Source: a virus
Taxonomy: Duplodnaviria; Caudoviricetes
IMG/VR virus record: IMGVR_UViG_3300032074_000007
Location: 1-43,877 of that record
Length of the DNA: 43,877 nt
Direction: 5' to 3' (one strand)
Below the pieces are notes generated by a model. It made no database searches. It worked only from the letters and a program-made list of their open reading frames with translations, and had not been told where the DNA came from. A program made the position numbers and the translations under genes. Shown here piece after piece: positions 25,587 to 35,268 of this stretch. Positions within the stretch are counted from its first letter, which is position 1, and each line of letters begins with the position of its first letter.

Positions 25587-28500
25587 TCACTTCGAGTAGG
25601 TAATGCGGATCATGGGCTTACCGCTGCTCGCAGCATGGTTAACCCACTTTGAGTAATAAGACTGCGAGTTTGACGTAGTAGACCCAGAACCGCCAGGACC
25701 ACACATCCAGACTCTGCCACCGCCTAGGACCACGCTGTTAGCCGCAGAGGGGAGCGTGACCCATTTTCCAGTACCGGGCGAGAACGAGATGGCACCTGTG
25801 TAGGTGGTGGACGGCTGAGTCAGCGTGCCAGAGGTAGGGATGCTGGTCAGCGAGGTCATACCGAAGCGCTGCGAGCCGCCTGCGCTGGCATAGAACGAGG
25901 AGTTCTTGATGTAGACCTCCACCTTGCTGACCGTCGCGTTGGTAAGCGCAGCACTGATGGTCCTGCCCGTCTCGCTACCGGTGGAGTTAGCGCTGGTGAA
26001 GGAAGCCAGACTGTACTGGTTGCCGTTCGTGGACGAGTAGTAGCCAGCCAGCATGGTAGACGACCCGGTGTAGGAAGTCGGGTTGATTGTGTTGGCCCCC
26101 AGCGATGCGGAAGTGCCACGGCGCGTCTGGCTGTAGTTGGCAGTCCAGGTGGAGACGTAGGTTTTCTTGGTCACCACCGTGGCGGGCTGCGCAGCGGCCT
26201 GCGTAGTAGCAGAGATGCCGGTACCAGTGGAGAGATCGGGCTGATAACCGATGTCGTAGACCGACATCAGGAACTGGTCTTGAACCGGAGTCACCGTGCC
26301 AGTGCCAGACAGGTAAGACAGTTGAGCCAGGATACGCAGATCTCGCTGGTTAGACGTGCCAGCCACTGCTCGGTCAGCGATTTGAAGAGTAGTGGTGTTT
26401 CCAGCACCTACGGTATAGCAGCGAGCCAGAATGCTGCCGGAGACTGTTGGGTCAGTGCCATCCGTTGTATAGCGCAGGATCAGAGCTACGACTGCGCCGG
26501 TAGGAACAGTAACCAGCAGGGGGCTGGTACGCACGGTGTAGAGACGGCCCATCTCCAGGTCGGCGTTCACTTGGGCGATGCGCTGGTAAGCGCCAGCAGC
26601 GAGTAGACCAGTGTTAGAGGGGGTCGTATTGACGTGCGCGATGATGCCACCAGACATGGCTTCGATAGCGCCGATTGGGTTGACTGTCTGGTCACGGTTG
26701 GAATCCCAGCCACTGCCCCAGGTTCGGTTACCGAAGCCGAAGCGATACCCGCCCATCAGTGGAGAACCTGCGATGGACATGTCTTGAGTGGCGTCCACTG
26801 AGATGAAGGCAGCAGTGCCGTCATCGTTCACCGCTGCCACGGTGTTGCCGTCCTGCACCACGTTCAGAGCGCTCGGACGGTTTGCGACGAGGGCCACAGC
26901 CTCTTCACCAGAGTTGTCGAAGATGCGGATACCGGCTGGAGTGATCTCCATGCCACCACCAGCATTCATCAGCATGCACGAAGCGTCATCGATGAGGATG
27001 GCTGTGTCGGGGTTGTTGTTGGTACTGCGGAAGCGGATCACGCACCACAGATCTGCCTGCCCAGCAGGGATATCGATCTGGACCGACTTCTCGGTCCAGT
27101 TGGCAGCCGGGATGGATGCTGCATAGCTGGCTATGAGGTTGCCGTTGCCGTCTAGTTGATCCCAGGTGGTGATCGGCTGGAAGTAGGTGTTTTCGCCATC
27201 AGTCACGAGGTTCTGCGCAGAGGCAGTAGCGGCCACGTTAGAGGCGGTGGTACCGAACCAGGCATCCACATAGAACTTGGGGACACCGGTACCAGTGGTT
27301 GCAGCGCCAGTACCGGTAGAAGCCGCTGCGAAATGCAGCTTGTAGGACTGTCCTGCCTGAACTGCGAAGGCGTTGGTGTACAGGTCAGCGGTGTCTGCGG
27401 TGGTTCCCCCAGGCTTGATGTACAGCCGAGCCACGTAGTTACCTGAGTGGGCGTAGGTGAGCCCAGCCAGATCGACCTGACCATTTGTGCTGGCCCCGTA
27501 GCGCCACTGAGCGGTGTTGCCCTGCCCAGCGTCAGTGAGCTGGGTCCAGGTGAAGTTCTCCTCGTATCCCGAGTTGTTGATCGGGTTCTGACGCAGCACG
27601 CCCAGTGCGATCTTGTCAGTACTGATGCTGTAGGCATTCAGCTTGGCTGCGCTGATGTTGCCCAGCACGGTGTCTTGGATGGTCTGCACCTGCCACTGGG
27701 TGCCAGAACCACCAGCGCCATCACCCTGACCGATCCACATCCCGATGAGCAGACCTGAGCCGCTGAACTGGTACCAGACATCACCAGGAATATTGGTCTG
27801 CGTCCCCGGCACAGTGTTGCGGTAGTAGATCGCATTCTTGCCGTTGGCAGCAGTCATAGCGGCTACAGCGGCGGCGTAGGACGAGGACTTGGCGACAGCG
27901 GTGTAGCCGTAAGTGGAGTCGCTGTAGAGGACCAGGTCGGTTCTCCACAGCTCAGTGCCAGCTACGTAGGTGGGCTCAGTGGCCGTCCATGTCCCACCGG
28001 GAGGGTTGGTTGTCGGCAGCGCAGGAGCAGCAGAGCCTGTGGTCTTGGCCTGGTAGTAGGGCGTGTATGAGGTGATGCCCTTGCCCGTAGAGCCCGCAGG
28101 ACCAGTAGGGCCAGTGGGGCCAGTAGGTCCCTGAGCGCCAGCAGGGCCTTGAGAGCCCGTTGCACCGGTAGATCCCTGAGGACCAGTGGCACCAGTTGCT
28201 CCGATGTAGGAGACCGACCATGCGAAGAGCTTGGTGAAGGTGATTCCGTCGACAGTGACCGGAATGGTGAGCGTGCCGCTCTGCTGGGTCAGTGCAGTGG
28301 TGACCGAGACGGTGATGACCGGGTTGGCGACGCCAGTGTTGTTTGCGACAGAAGCGGTGATCTGACCAGCGATCTGGCCCGTGATCGTCCCGACTGTTGC
28401 GAACTTCTGCGTAGTGCCCTTGTAGGCCATCACCGCGCAGGTAGCGTTGCCAGCCAGCGCAGCGGTAGTGGACCCAGGAAAGACCTGAGCCTCGTTGGAC

Positions 28501-29771
28501 AGGATGACGGTGTAGGCATCTGTGCCTGCAGCACCAGTGCCACCCGTAGGTCCAGTCGGCCCCTGTGATCCTGTTGCGCCATCAGAGACCTTGGCGACGG
28601 TAAGAGTGTCAGCCACGCCAGCGCCATTGTCAGCCTGGACGGTGATGGTTCTGGCCGTCATGGTCGAACCAGTAATGGTTACCGTGTTGGAGTTGCGATT
28701 CACTCCTGCAGGCACGGCGGCAGCGAAAGCCCCACCGTCGACTGAGTAGGTCCAGTTGGCGATGGTGGTGTTGATGCCAGAGCCAGTCACAGTGGCAGTG
28801 GTCGGAGTGGTAGCCGAAGCTCCGGTAGCCAGAGCCAGCACCTGAGCATTGGCAGTAAGAACCACCAGGCCCGCTGGGGCACCAGCAGGACCAGTAGGTC
28901 CAGTCGGTCCAGTAGGTCCAGCAGGTCCAGCGGGACCTTGAGCGCCGATGGAACCAGCAGGCGTGGTCACCACCCAGGCAGGAGTGAAGGTAGAAGAGCT
29001 GTTTCCTACTGTCCCACTCCAGGCAGCATTCGACATGCCACCATCGAAGTAGAGCCCGGTGTCACTGGCCTTCTCGAACATCACATCACCGACCCAGAAG
29101 GCGTCAGAGATGTTCAGCTCACCAGCATCGAATGGACCGATGAGGAAGTCGAACTTGGTAGCACCAGCGGGCACGGTGTCAGTAACCGGAACCTTGATGA
29201 TGTTGTCCGGGGCAGAAGAGGTGATGACCACACCATCAGAAGTGGCGATCAGGTTGCCTGCGTTATCTCGCCACTGGATACGTGCTCGATAGCGGGTAAT
29301 GCCCGAGAGCGCAGATGAACGCGCATACGCGGTCATCGTCCACGTGTCGCCTGCAGTAACGGTGACGGTGCGAGCAGTCCACTGCAGACACTGGGAGAGA
29401 TCCCCGACCGTGGTGAGGTCGTTAATCAGCACCTTCCACATCGACCGACCGTTGATAGTGACCGTGGTGTCAGTGGAGAGCGCGCCTCGAACAGCAGACC
29501 AGCCAGTGGAGTTGTAAACCGGACTGGGGTTGGGTGCGTAGTTGGTCCGAGCTACGTTGCCGTAGTCACCCATCCATCGGTACAGCTTGTTGCCGTCGTT
29601 GGTGTCGAACCATAGATCACCGTTGGCATTTGCTACAGGCTGTCCGTCCTGGGAAAACGTGGTCAGCGAGCTGCTAGCCGTTTCTGCCGCTGCTGCCAGG
29701 GCTTCCACTGCCGCGACGTATGCCTGGTTTCCACGGGCATAGGTCTCGTTAGTGAAGAAAGCCCCGCTCAT
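25587..29771 (-). CDS. Long fibre / receptor-binding protein with collagen-like repeats and carbohydrate-binding-like domains
   Basis: Start moved to ATG 29771 (AAGGAG RBS); GDLWFDT..GNK.YRW motif; three Gly-X-Y tracts; 'TNYAPNPS' and 'NPINNSGYE' CBM-like openings; I.A.K(L/I) repeats. Confidence 0.8.
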   Translation of the reverse strand: MSGAFFTNETYARGNQAYVAAVEALAAAAETASSSLTTFSQDGQPVANANGDLWFDTNDGNKLYRWMGDYGNVARTNYAPNPSPVYNSTGWSAVRGALSTDTTVTINGRSMWKVLINDLTTVGDLSQCLQWTARTVTVTAGDTWTMTAYARSSALSGITRYRARIQWRDNAGNLIATSDGVVITSSAPDNIIKVPVTDTVPAGATKFDFLIGPFDAGELNISDAFWVGDVMFEKASDTGLYFDGGMSNAAWSGTVGNSSSTFTPAWVVTTPAGSIGAQGPAGPAGPTGPTGPTGPAGAPAGLVVLTANAQVLALATGASATTPTTATVTGSGINTTIANWTYSVDGGAFAAAVPAGVNRNSNTVTITGSTMTARTITVQADNGAGVADTLTVAKVSDGATGSQGPTGPTGGTGAAGTDAYTVILSNEAQVFPGSTTAALAGNATCAVMAYKGTTQKFATVGTITGQIAGQITASVANNTGVANPVITVSVTTALTQQSGTLTIPVTVDGITFTKLFAWSVSYIGATGATGPQGSTGATGSQGPAGAQGPTGPTGPTGPAGSTGKGITSYTPYYQAKTTGSAAPALPTTNPPGGTWTATEPTYVAGTELWRTDLVLYSDSTYGYTAVAKSSSYAAAVAAMTAANGKNAIYYRNTVPGTQTNIPGDVWYQFSGSGLLIGMWIGQGDGAGGSGTQWQVQTIQDTVLGNISAAKLNAYSISTDKIALGVLRQNPINNSGYEENFTWTQLTDAGQGNTAQWRYGASTNGQVDLAGLTYAHSGNYVARLYIKPGGTTADTADLYTNAFAVQAGQSYKLHFAAASTGTGAATTGTGVPKFYVDAWFGTTASNVAATASAQNLVTDGENTYFQPITTWDQLDGNGNLIASYAASIPAANWTEKSVQIDIPAGQADLWCVIRFRSTNNNPDTAILIDDASCMLMNAGGGMEITPAGIRIFDNSGEEAVALVANRPSALNVVQDGNTVAAVNDDGTAAFISVDATQDMSIAGSPLMGGYRFGFGNRTWGSGWDSNRDQTVNPIGAIEAMSGGIIAHVNTTPSNTGLLAAGAYQRIAQVNADLEMGRLYTVRTSPLLVTVPTGAVVALILRYTTDGTDPTVSGSILARCYTVGAGNTTTLQIADRAVAGTSNQRDLRILAQLSYLSGTGTVTPVQDQFLMSVYDIGYQPDLSTGTGISATTQAAAQPATVVTKKTYVSTWTANYSQTRRGTSASLGANTINPTSYTGSSTMLAGYYSSTNGNQYSLASFTSANSTGSETGRTISAALTNATVSKVEVYIKNSSFYASAGGSQRFGMTSLTSIPTSGTLTQPSTTYTGAISFSPGTGKWVTLPSAANSVVLGGGRVWMCGPGGSGSTTSNSQSYYSKWVNHAASSGKPMIRITYSK

Positions 29772-29814
29772 GTCACTCCTTGGTGATTTTCTTAAGTCTG
29801 CCGCGCTTGCGCTT

Positions 29815-29855
29815 CCGACCCACTCCACCCATTACGTGCAGGGTAGAGGGGTCGG
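29815..29855 (-). terminator. Hairpin between the holin and fibre genes
   Basis: CCGACCCCUCUACCC...GGGUGGAGUGGGUCGG on the minus strand, about 15 bp with one G-U pair and one bulge; no U-tract. Confidence 0.55.
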
Positions 29856-29887
29856 GCGACATCTTCTTGATCTGAACCCTACGGAAG

Positions 29888-30181
29888 TTAGAACCCATTG
29901 CCATCAGCGTTGAGCGCCTTGGGCGTGTCAGTCTCCACCACAGAGGCGTCAGGAGGCTGGACCGACTCGTCCTGCTTCTTGGCCAGCGGGTCCTTGTTGG
30001 GAGTGCCGAAGACGACCGGAGCGCCCAGAATGGCCAGCACGATGGTCAGCCAGTGGGGAGCGTCGGGGACAGAAGCAGAGATGACTGTGAGAGCAGCCAT
30101 CACAGATGCCGCATACGTCTTGGCGTAGGGCTGCGCCTTTGCAGGCAGGGTGTCCACGATGGACTCTAGAAAGTTAGACAT
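29888..30181 (-). CDS. Holin
   Basis: 97 aa with two short hydrophobic segments, 'YAK...A' and 'VF.TPN' motifs, directly after the endolysin. Confidence 0.75.
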   Translation of the reverse strand: MSNFLESIVDTLPAKAQPYAKTYAASVMAALTVISASVPDAPHWLTIVLAILGAPVVFGTPNKDPLAKKQDESVQPPDASVVETDTPKALNADGNGF

Positions 30182-30183
30182 GA

Positions 30184-31023
30184 TTACTTCCCTTGGTTCT
30201 TGGACCGAGCCATTGCAGCCCAGGTCTTTGGCCCGACGATTCCGTCAGGGGTAAGGCCGTTGCGCTTCTGCCATGCGATGACAGCGTTGACGGTGTTGAC
30301 CTCGTAGAGGCTGGTGATCCGAGTACCGGTCACCTTCTGGATGCGCTGGATGTGACCACGAACCCAGCTCAGAGCCAGAGCCCCAGAGGCCCCTACGCCC
30401 TGGTTGCTACCGCCAGCCACCTTCCCGGAGTACCAGGGAGTGTTGGTGTGGCTCGGGCCGTAGTAGCTGGCACCGATCTTGCCGGGGTAGGGATACCAGC
30501 CAGCGGTGAGCTGGTAGGGCACTGTGTAGTCCACCTTTGCACCCGGAACAGGTGCAGGGGCTGGGGCAGGAGTCGGAGCGCTGTTGCGGTTGGCGTAGAG
30601 CTTCATGATCGCTGCGGCACTGCGCCGATCCCAGGGGTCCTTGTCGATCCCCACCAGACCAGTCTCACCATTGCCGAACTGGACCATCTGGTCCTCAGCC
30701 TCAGGAGACATGGTGGGGCAGGCAGGGTCGAGCAGGTGGATGTGGTGGTTGCCGTTCCACCAGCGCCCGAAGGTCACCAGGTTGAGCTTGCGGCCCTGGT
30801 CCACACACCAGTTGCCCTGTGAGATCGAGTACGGGTCCATCTCGATGTCGTAGACCCCACCACCAGCGTGCGTGCCCGTAGAGGCAGCCACAGCGGTGGA
30901 GTAGCAGCCCTGGATGGGCTTGATGTAGATCGAGCCGGTAGCGGAGGCCCAGGCGTTGAGCTTGGCGACCGAGTGGACGCAGACAGTGACTCCCCGCCAG
31001 GTAGTCGTAGCGCAGCGAGACAT
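30184..31023 (-). CDS. Endolysin: M15-like zinc peptidase plus PG_binding_1 domain
   Basis: Start probably ATG 31023; THAGGGVYD (H-x6-D) and HIH zinc ligands; PAPAP linker; 'AVIAWQKRNGLTPDGIVGPKTW' peptidoglycan-binding motif. Confidence 0.85.
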   Translation of the reverse strand: MSRCATTTWRGVTVCVHSVAKLNAWASATGSIYIKPIQGCYSTAVAASTGTHAGGGVYDIEMDPYSISQGNWCVDQGRKLNLVTFGRWWNGNHHIHLLDPACPTMSPEAEDQMVQFGNGETGLVGIDKDPWDRRSAAAIMKLYANRNSAPTPAPAPAPVPGAKVDYTVPYQLTAGWYPYPGKIGASYYGPSHTNTPWYSGKVAGGSNQGVGASGALALSWVRGHIQRIQKVTGTRITSLYEVNTVNAVIAWQKRNGLTPDGIVGPKTWAAMARSKNQGK

Positions 31024-31068
31024 AGATGATCCTTCCGAGGGGTCTTTCTTCAAGGGTACGAAGATGGA

Positions 31069-31392
31069 CTAGCGCAGGCTCGGAGGATCTTCGATGATCA
31101 CGTTTGGGTCGATCTGCCTGATCTTGATTACTAGTTTCCTGTCCCAGGCTTCATGCATTTCTAGCTTCTGCCGAAAGATGTTCTCGGCAAGCTCTCGCTC
31201 TCGGTCCTTGGCCTCTAGTTCCTGCAGGCGTGTGCTCATGGTCTGGGTTACTGATGCTGCAGCATCGGTGATCATCTTGGCGGCATCAGCAGTCAGTTTG
31301 CGCTTGTTGAAGAGCGCAGTGACCACAGCCGTGAGCAGGCCAGAGCCGAATACGGCTGTGACGACCTGTAGCCAGACTGGGACGTTTTCCAT
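31069..31392 (-). CDS. Membrane protein (one TM plus coiled coil), lysis cassette
   Basis: N-terminal hydrophobic helix followed by a charged coiled coil; adjacent to the endolysin. Confidence 0.7.
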   Translation of the reverse strand: MENVPVWLQVVTAVFGSGLLTAVVTALFNKRKLTADAAKMITDAAASVTQTMSTRLQELEAKDRERELAENIFRQKLEMHEAWDRKLVIKIRQIDPNVIIEDPPSLR

Positions 31393-31829
31393 CAGTGGGC
31401 ACGCCGCCTGACCTTCTTAGCGATGCTGTGGATGCTGTCCAGGTACTTCTGGATCTGCCAGCAACGCACCAGACAGGAAATACCGAAGCCGCAGATGATG
31501 CCTGCCGATATAAGCCCCCCGCGAGGGTAGGTGAAGTAGCCGACAGCGAGGCCATAGAAGATGCAGGCCAGCCCGGTGAAGGCCAGCCCGAGCTGCTCCA
31601 TGATCAGGCCAGTCCCTCGGTTCTTGAAGAAAACACTGAGGAGCGCTACTCCAGCGCCGATGAAGACGACCCACGCCCACGCCGCTGCCACGACGTGAGG
31701 CACGAAGGCCATGATGGTGCCCGGAGGCGGGACTACACCCGCGATGGTGGGGAGAGTAGACGCTTCGCACAGGGCCAGGATGAAGACCTCGAAAGGGTGT
31801 CTGGAGTGCGAGAACAGATCAGTTCTCAT
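31392..31829 (-). CDS. Multi-pass membrane protein, lysis cassette
   Basis: 145 aa with about four hydrophobic segments. Confidence 0.7.
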   Translation of the reverse strand: MRTDLFSHSRHPFEVFILALCEASTLPTIAGVVPPPGTIMAFVPHVVAAAWAWVVFIGAGVALLSVFFKNRGTGLIMEQLGLAFTGLACIFYGLAVGYFTYPRGGLISAGIICGFGISCLVRCWQIQKYLDSIHSIAKKVRRRAH

Positions 31830-31832
31830 GTG

Positions 31833-32249
31833 CTACGTCCTTAGCGATCTAAGAGTGACCCCCAGAATTACGAAGATCAGCGCGTTCTGCAGATACGTAG
31901 GGATACCGGTAAGGCTGGCTTGCCCGCTGTTCATGGCTGAAAGGTAGAAGGTCACTGCGAAGAACATGGACCAGACACCCGCCCCGAAGGCAGCCCAGGA
32001 AGCTACCCGCCAGTGTTCCTTGGCTACAGCGGTGGCCAGCACTAACCCAGCCAGACCGAGGACTACTCCCCAGCTATGTGGCGCTCCTGGGATCTGCATA
32101 GCCACGGTCCAGCCAGGAGCACTGAAGCGGTCCTTGCCAGCGAAGATCAGAATCACTGCCTGAGTTATCGCATACAGGGCGAGAACAGCCCCGATCATTC
32201 GCATGCCTAGGGCCATCACTGCCAGTCGATACGCAGCTTTCTCAGGCAT
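31833..32249 (-). CDS. Multi-pass membrane protein, lysis cassette
   Basis: 138 aa with about four hydrophobic segments; purine-rich RBS. Confidence 0.7.
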   Translation of the reverse strand: MPEKAAYRLAVMALGMRMIGAVLALYAITQAVILIFAGKDRFSAPGWTVAMQIPGAPHSWGVVLGLAGLVLATAVAKEHWRVASWAAFGAGVWSMFFAVTFYLSAMNSGQASLTGIPTYLQNALIFVILGVTLRSLRT

Positions 32250-32261
32250 GCGATCCCCCTC

Positions 32262-34832
32262 TCAGGCTCCGATGGCCTTAATCAGAACGTAGTCAGCCGT
32301 GACACCGACACCAGCAGTGGAGACCCGCGCACGGACCATGGCAGGCATCTCGCCGCTGTAGGTCTGCCTCACCACAGAGGAGGCCACACCAGTCAGACCA
32401 GCACCGATGGCGAACCAGGTGGTGCCACCGTCCTCGGAGCCTTCGAGCTGAAGGACCGGGAAGGTCGTGCCACCCGCACCCAGAGAGATCGCCAGCATGA
32501 AGCGCTCAGCACCCTCCACGATGTAGGTAGGCGTGACAGAGTTCAGCGTGGTGAGCACGATGGAGCGATCCATGTAGCGACGGAACAGCGGACCGTTGGA
32601 GGAGAACTGCACACGGTTGATCGCTCGGGTGAACGAGGGAGATGTGCCAGTCACCGTCTGCACGTAGCGGTAACGAGTACCGAATTGGGCGCGGATCAGT
32701 GGCGAGGTCCACGAGCCCGTAGTCCTGATGCGCGGGAAGTCGTAGATACGCACCCAGTTGGTGCCGTTATCGATGGACTCCTCCACACCCACATCGAGCG
32801 TGGGAGTGGTGCCGGTAGCGGCGGTGACCACGACGTTGAACGAGTGAGCGTAGACACCGACGTTGTTGACGACACCAGGAGCGATTGCAGCGGTAGTGGT
32901 GGTGGCAGTGAGGGCAGCAGAGGCCACATCAGCCACCAGGTAACCACCCCAGCCTGCAGCGTTCCACTGAGTGGTTGCCGTGCCAGTGGACTGGGACACA
33001 CCGACAGTGTTAGAGCCAGAGACGTAGACCGGGACAGCGTTATTGCTGTCAGAGACGCCTCGGCCACCCGTGACCTCAGTGACGTGACGGGTGTAGTCCA
33101 TGACCCGAGCGAAGTGCAGGCGCACATCGGTGACGCGGATGACCGTACCGCCACAGTTGATCGAGGCGAAGTCCGGACCAGCAGCATCCAGCAGCAGCGA
33201 GGTGGTGTTTACCTTGAGGACTCGGTACATGCCCTCGTACTGCTGACCAGCGCCGTCCAGACCGTGCAGGTAAACCGTTTCACCAGGCAGCGGAGTAGCC
33301 CAGTTGGCGTTACCCACGACCGTCATCACACCAGCGGTACGAGAGATCGACTGAACTACCTGAGAGAAGGCAGATGCGTTGACCTGCGTGTTGCCCTGAA
33401 CGCGCCAGACGCTGCCACCAGCGGAGGAGGCAGTGACTGCAGAGCCGAGTACCACAGTGAACGTGGTGGAAGTAGGAACGCTCGCCACCTGAACCCAGGT
33501 GGTCTGGTTGGCGAAGTTGACCTGGTCACGCACACCCCAGACAGAGACCCAGTCGTCCACAGTCAGACCATGAGGAAGGTCAGTAGTGACCGTGGCAGTG
33601 GTCGTGCCGCTCTTGGCGATGTTCGTGATGCGAGCTACAGGACGGGTCTGCCCTGGAAGGGTCTTGACACGTGCCTGGATTCGGTACTGCGGGTTCTCGT
33701 CCGGGATGCCCTGGGTGTACTTCTGAGCAGAGTTCATTGCTGCAGTGGAGTCTGAGGCGAAGGAGCGGAAGAGAACCTCATCGAGAGTGAGGTACTGCTC
33801 CCAGTTAGCTGCCGTGTTGAAGGCATCAGTAAATGGGTTGGTGTTCGCCTGGGTCGCAGTTGTAGTAGCTGTGGTGACAGCCTGGGTGCGGAACCTGGCC
33901 CCGTTCCTACGCAGGACGTGCGAGGTGGTGGTAGCGCCAGTGGACTCGAACAGGAAACCCACGCCGTTGTTAGCCCCGCCCAGCGGGTCAGCCAGCCCCA
34001 CCATGCCGCCAGTGGCGTTGTAGGTGCCATTGGAGGCGACGATGGGGACAGTGAAGGTGTTCTGGTCCACCACAGTCACGACGACCGGAGCGACGTTCAT
34101 CGGTGAAGACGGGCAGTTGTAGATGTGAACTCGGTCGCCACCAGTGAAGCCGTGGTTGGGAACAGTAATCGTGCCCACGTTGGTAGCGATGACGATGTTT
34201 GCAGTGATGGCCTTGTCAGCCGGGAGGTTGGCCTTAACCACCATGTTGGGCGAGGCCGTGGTGTCAGCCTCCACCATGCCGACGAAGAACTCCTGGCCGT
34301 TGACGCGCTGCGAGGCAGTGATACCGAAGCCAGTACGCATCGGCATGCGGAAAGCCTGCTTGGAGACGATGCTGACTTCAGTGCCATCGTTAAGTGGGTT
34401 CAGGGAGATACGCAGGTAGGACGAACCAGAGGAGTTGCCACCCTGAGTGATCTGGTGGCCATCCGGGTTGACGATAGTCCACGTACCAGGGTCAGGCTGC
34501 GTCCCGACAGAGGCGAAGCCATCACGGAACTTGGAGCGAGCGTTACCGACGATCTGCCGGTCATACGCAGGGTCGCCCACCTTAGTGGTGTAGTCGATGC
34601 GGATCTGGTCAGTGGCAGCCATGCCCTGCGTGCTAGCAGTGAGCGTGATGACGTTGCCGCTGACCGTAGCCCCGAGAGCAGGGTTGGGGTCAGCGAAGTT
34701 GAACATGACGACACCACGAGTGACGTTGGTGATCAGCGCCAGGTTGCCCAGCGAAATCGAGTCGAACTCGGGCAGAGTGATCGTCTTGGCGACAGGATCG
34801 AACGTGTAGACGTTCACGATCTGCTTGGTCAC
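32262..34832 (-). CDS. Large beta-rich virion structural / fibre-like protein (856 aa)
   Basis: GTG start with GAGG RBS; Thr/Val/Gly-rich; repeated 'T.T...HG...GD.V.I' barrels and two 'P.L...E.S.D.G..W..I' repeats. Confidence 0.7.
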   Translation of the reverse strand: MTKQIVNVYTFDPVAKTITLPEFDSISLGNLALITNVTRGVVMFNFADPNPALGATVSGNVITLTASTQGMAATDQIRIDYTTKVGDPAYDRQIVGNARSKFRDGFASVGTQPDPGTWTIVNPDGHQITQGGNSSGSSYLRISLNPLNDGTEVSIVSKQAFRMPMRTGFGITASQRVNGQEFFVGMVEADTTASPNMVVKANLPADKAITANIVIATNVGTITVPNHGFTGGDRVHIYNCPSSPMNVAPVVVTVVDQNTFTVPIVASNGTYNATGGMVGLADPLGGANNGVGFLFESTGATTTSHVLRRNGARFRTQAVTTATTTATQANTNPFTDAFNTAANWEQYLTLDEVLFRSFASDSTAAMNSAQKYTQGIPDENPQYRIQARVKTLPGQTRPVARITNIAKSGTTTATVTTDLPHGLTVDDWVSVWGVRDQVNFANQTTWVQVASVPTSTTFTVVLGSAVTASSAGGSVWRVQGNTQVNASAFSQVVQSISRTAGVMTVVGNANWATPLPGETVYLHGLDGAGQQYEGMYRVLKVNTTSLLLDAAGPDFASINCGGTVIRVTDVRLHFARVMDYTRHVTEVTGGRGVSDSNNAVPVYVSGSNTVGVSQSTGTATTQWNAAGWGGYLVADVASAALTATTTTAAIAPGVVNNVGVYAHSFNVVVTAATGTTPTLDVGVEESIDNGTNWVRIYDFPRIRTTGSWTSPLIRAQFGTRYRYVQTVTGTSPSFTRAINRVQFSSNGPLFRRYMDRSIVLTTLNSVTPTYIVEGAERFMLAISLGAGGTTFPVLQLEGSEDGGTTWFAIGAGLTGVASSVVRQTYSGEMPAMVRARVSTAGVGVTADYVLIKAIGA

Positions 34833-34842
34833 GGTTTACCTC

Positions 34843-35268
34843 TCAGAGAGCAGCGGCGAGACCGAGCTGCAGTCGCTGCTCAGCCTTAATTTGATCGAGC
34901 ACCCACTGAGCGGTCACTCCAGTGGCGAAGCCACCATTCACGACATCAGGGATCTGAACGTTTGCGGGGAGATCAGAGATGTCAGTAATCGACCCCTTAG
35001 CGCTCGCCTTGAAGACGAGAGGGTCGATGAGTGGAGAGCCACCTTGGGTGATGTCCAGCGTGTAGTAGAGCCCATCCCAGGTGACCAGATCCATGGAGAA
35101 CTTGCCGTTGGCATCGGTGTAGACGTAACCGACCTCATTGGCGAAGACGACATCGTTTACGAGATCAGTGCCACCAGCAGGAGAAGGGGTAGCGCGCACC
35201 AGAGCACGCGGCACAGGGTTATCGAAATGGTCATGGACCGTTCCTTTGATGGTGAACTTGTCAGCCAT
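34843..35268 (-). CDS. Hypothetical virion protein with a carboxypeptidase-regulatory-like beta fold
   Basis: Start moved to ATG 35268 (GAGGAG RBS); 'TIKGTVHD..DNPV..A.V...TDANGKFS'. Confidence 0.6.
   Translation of the reverse strand: MADKFTIKGTVHDHFDNPVPRALVRATPSPAGGTDLVNDVVFANEVGYVYTDANGKFSMDLVTWDGLYYTLDITQGGSPLIDPLVFKASAKGSITDISDLPANVQIPDVVNGGFATGVTAQWVLDQIKAEQRLQLGLAAAL

Noticed and set aside
28078-28953. Repetitive GGNCCN-type DNA that could be mistaken for an array
   Set aside because: It encodes in-frame collagen Gly-X-Y repeats; there is no repeat-spacer structure and no CRISPR array in the window.
25920-34375. Isolated VSK, IAK and VAK tripeptides in the two fibre proteins
   Set aside because: They are sparse, lie inside beta-rich domains and lack leader or spacer context, so I treat them as background and not as processing sites.
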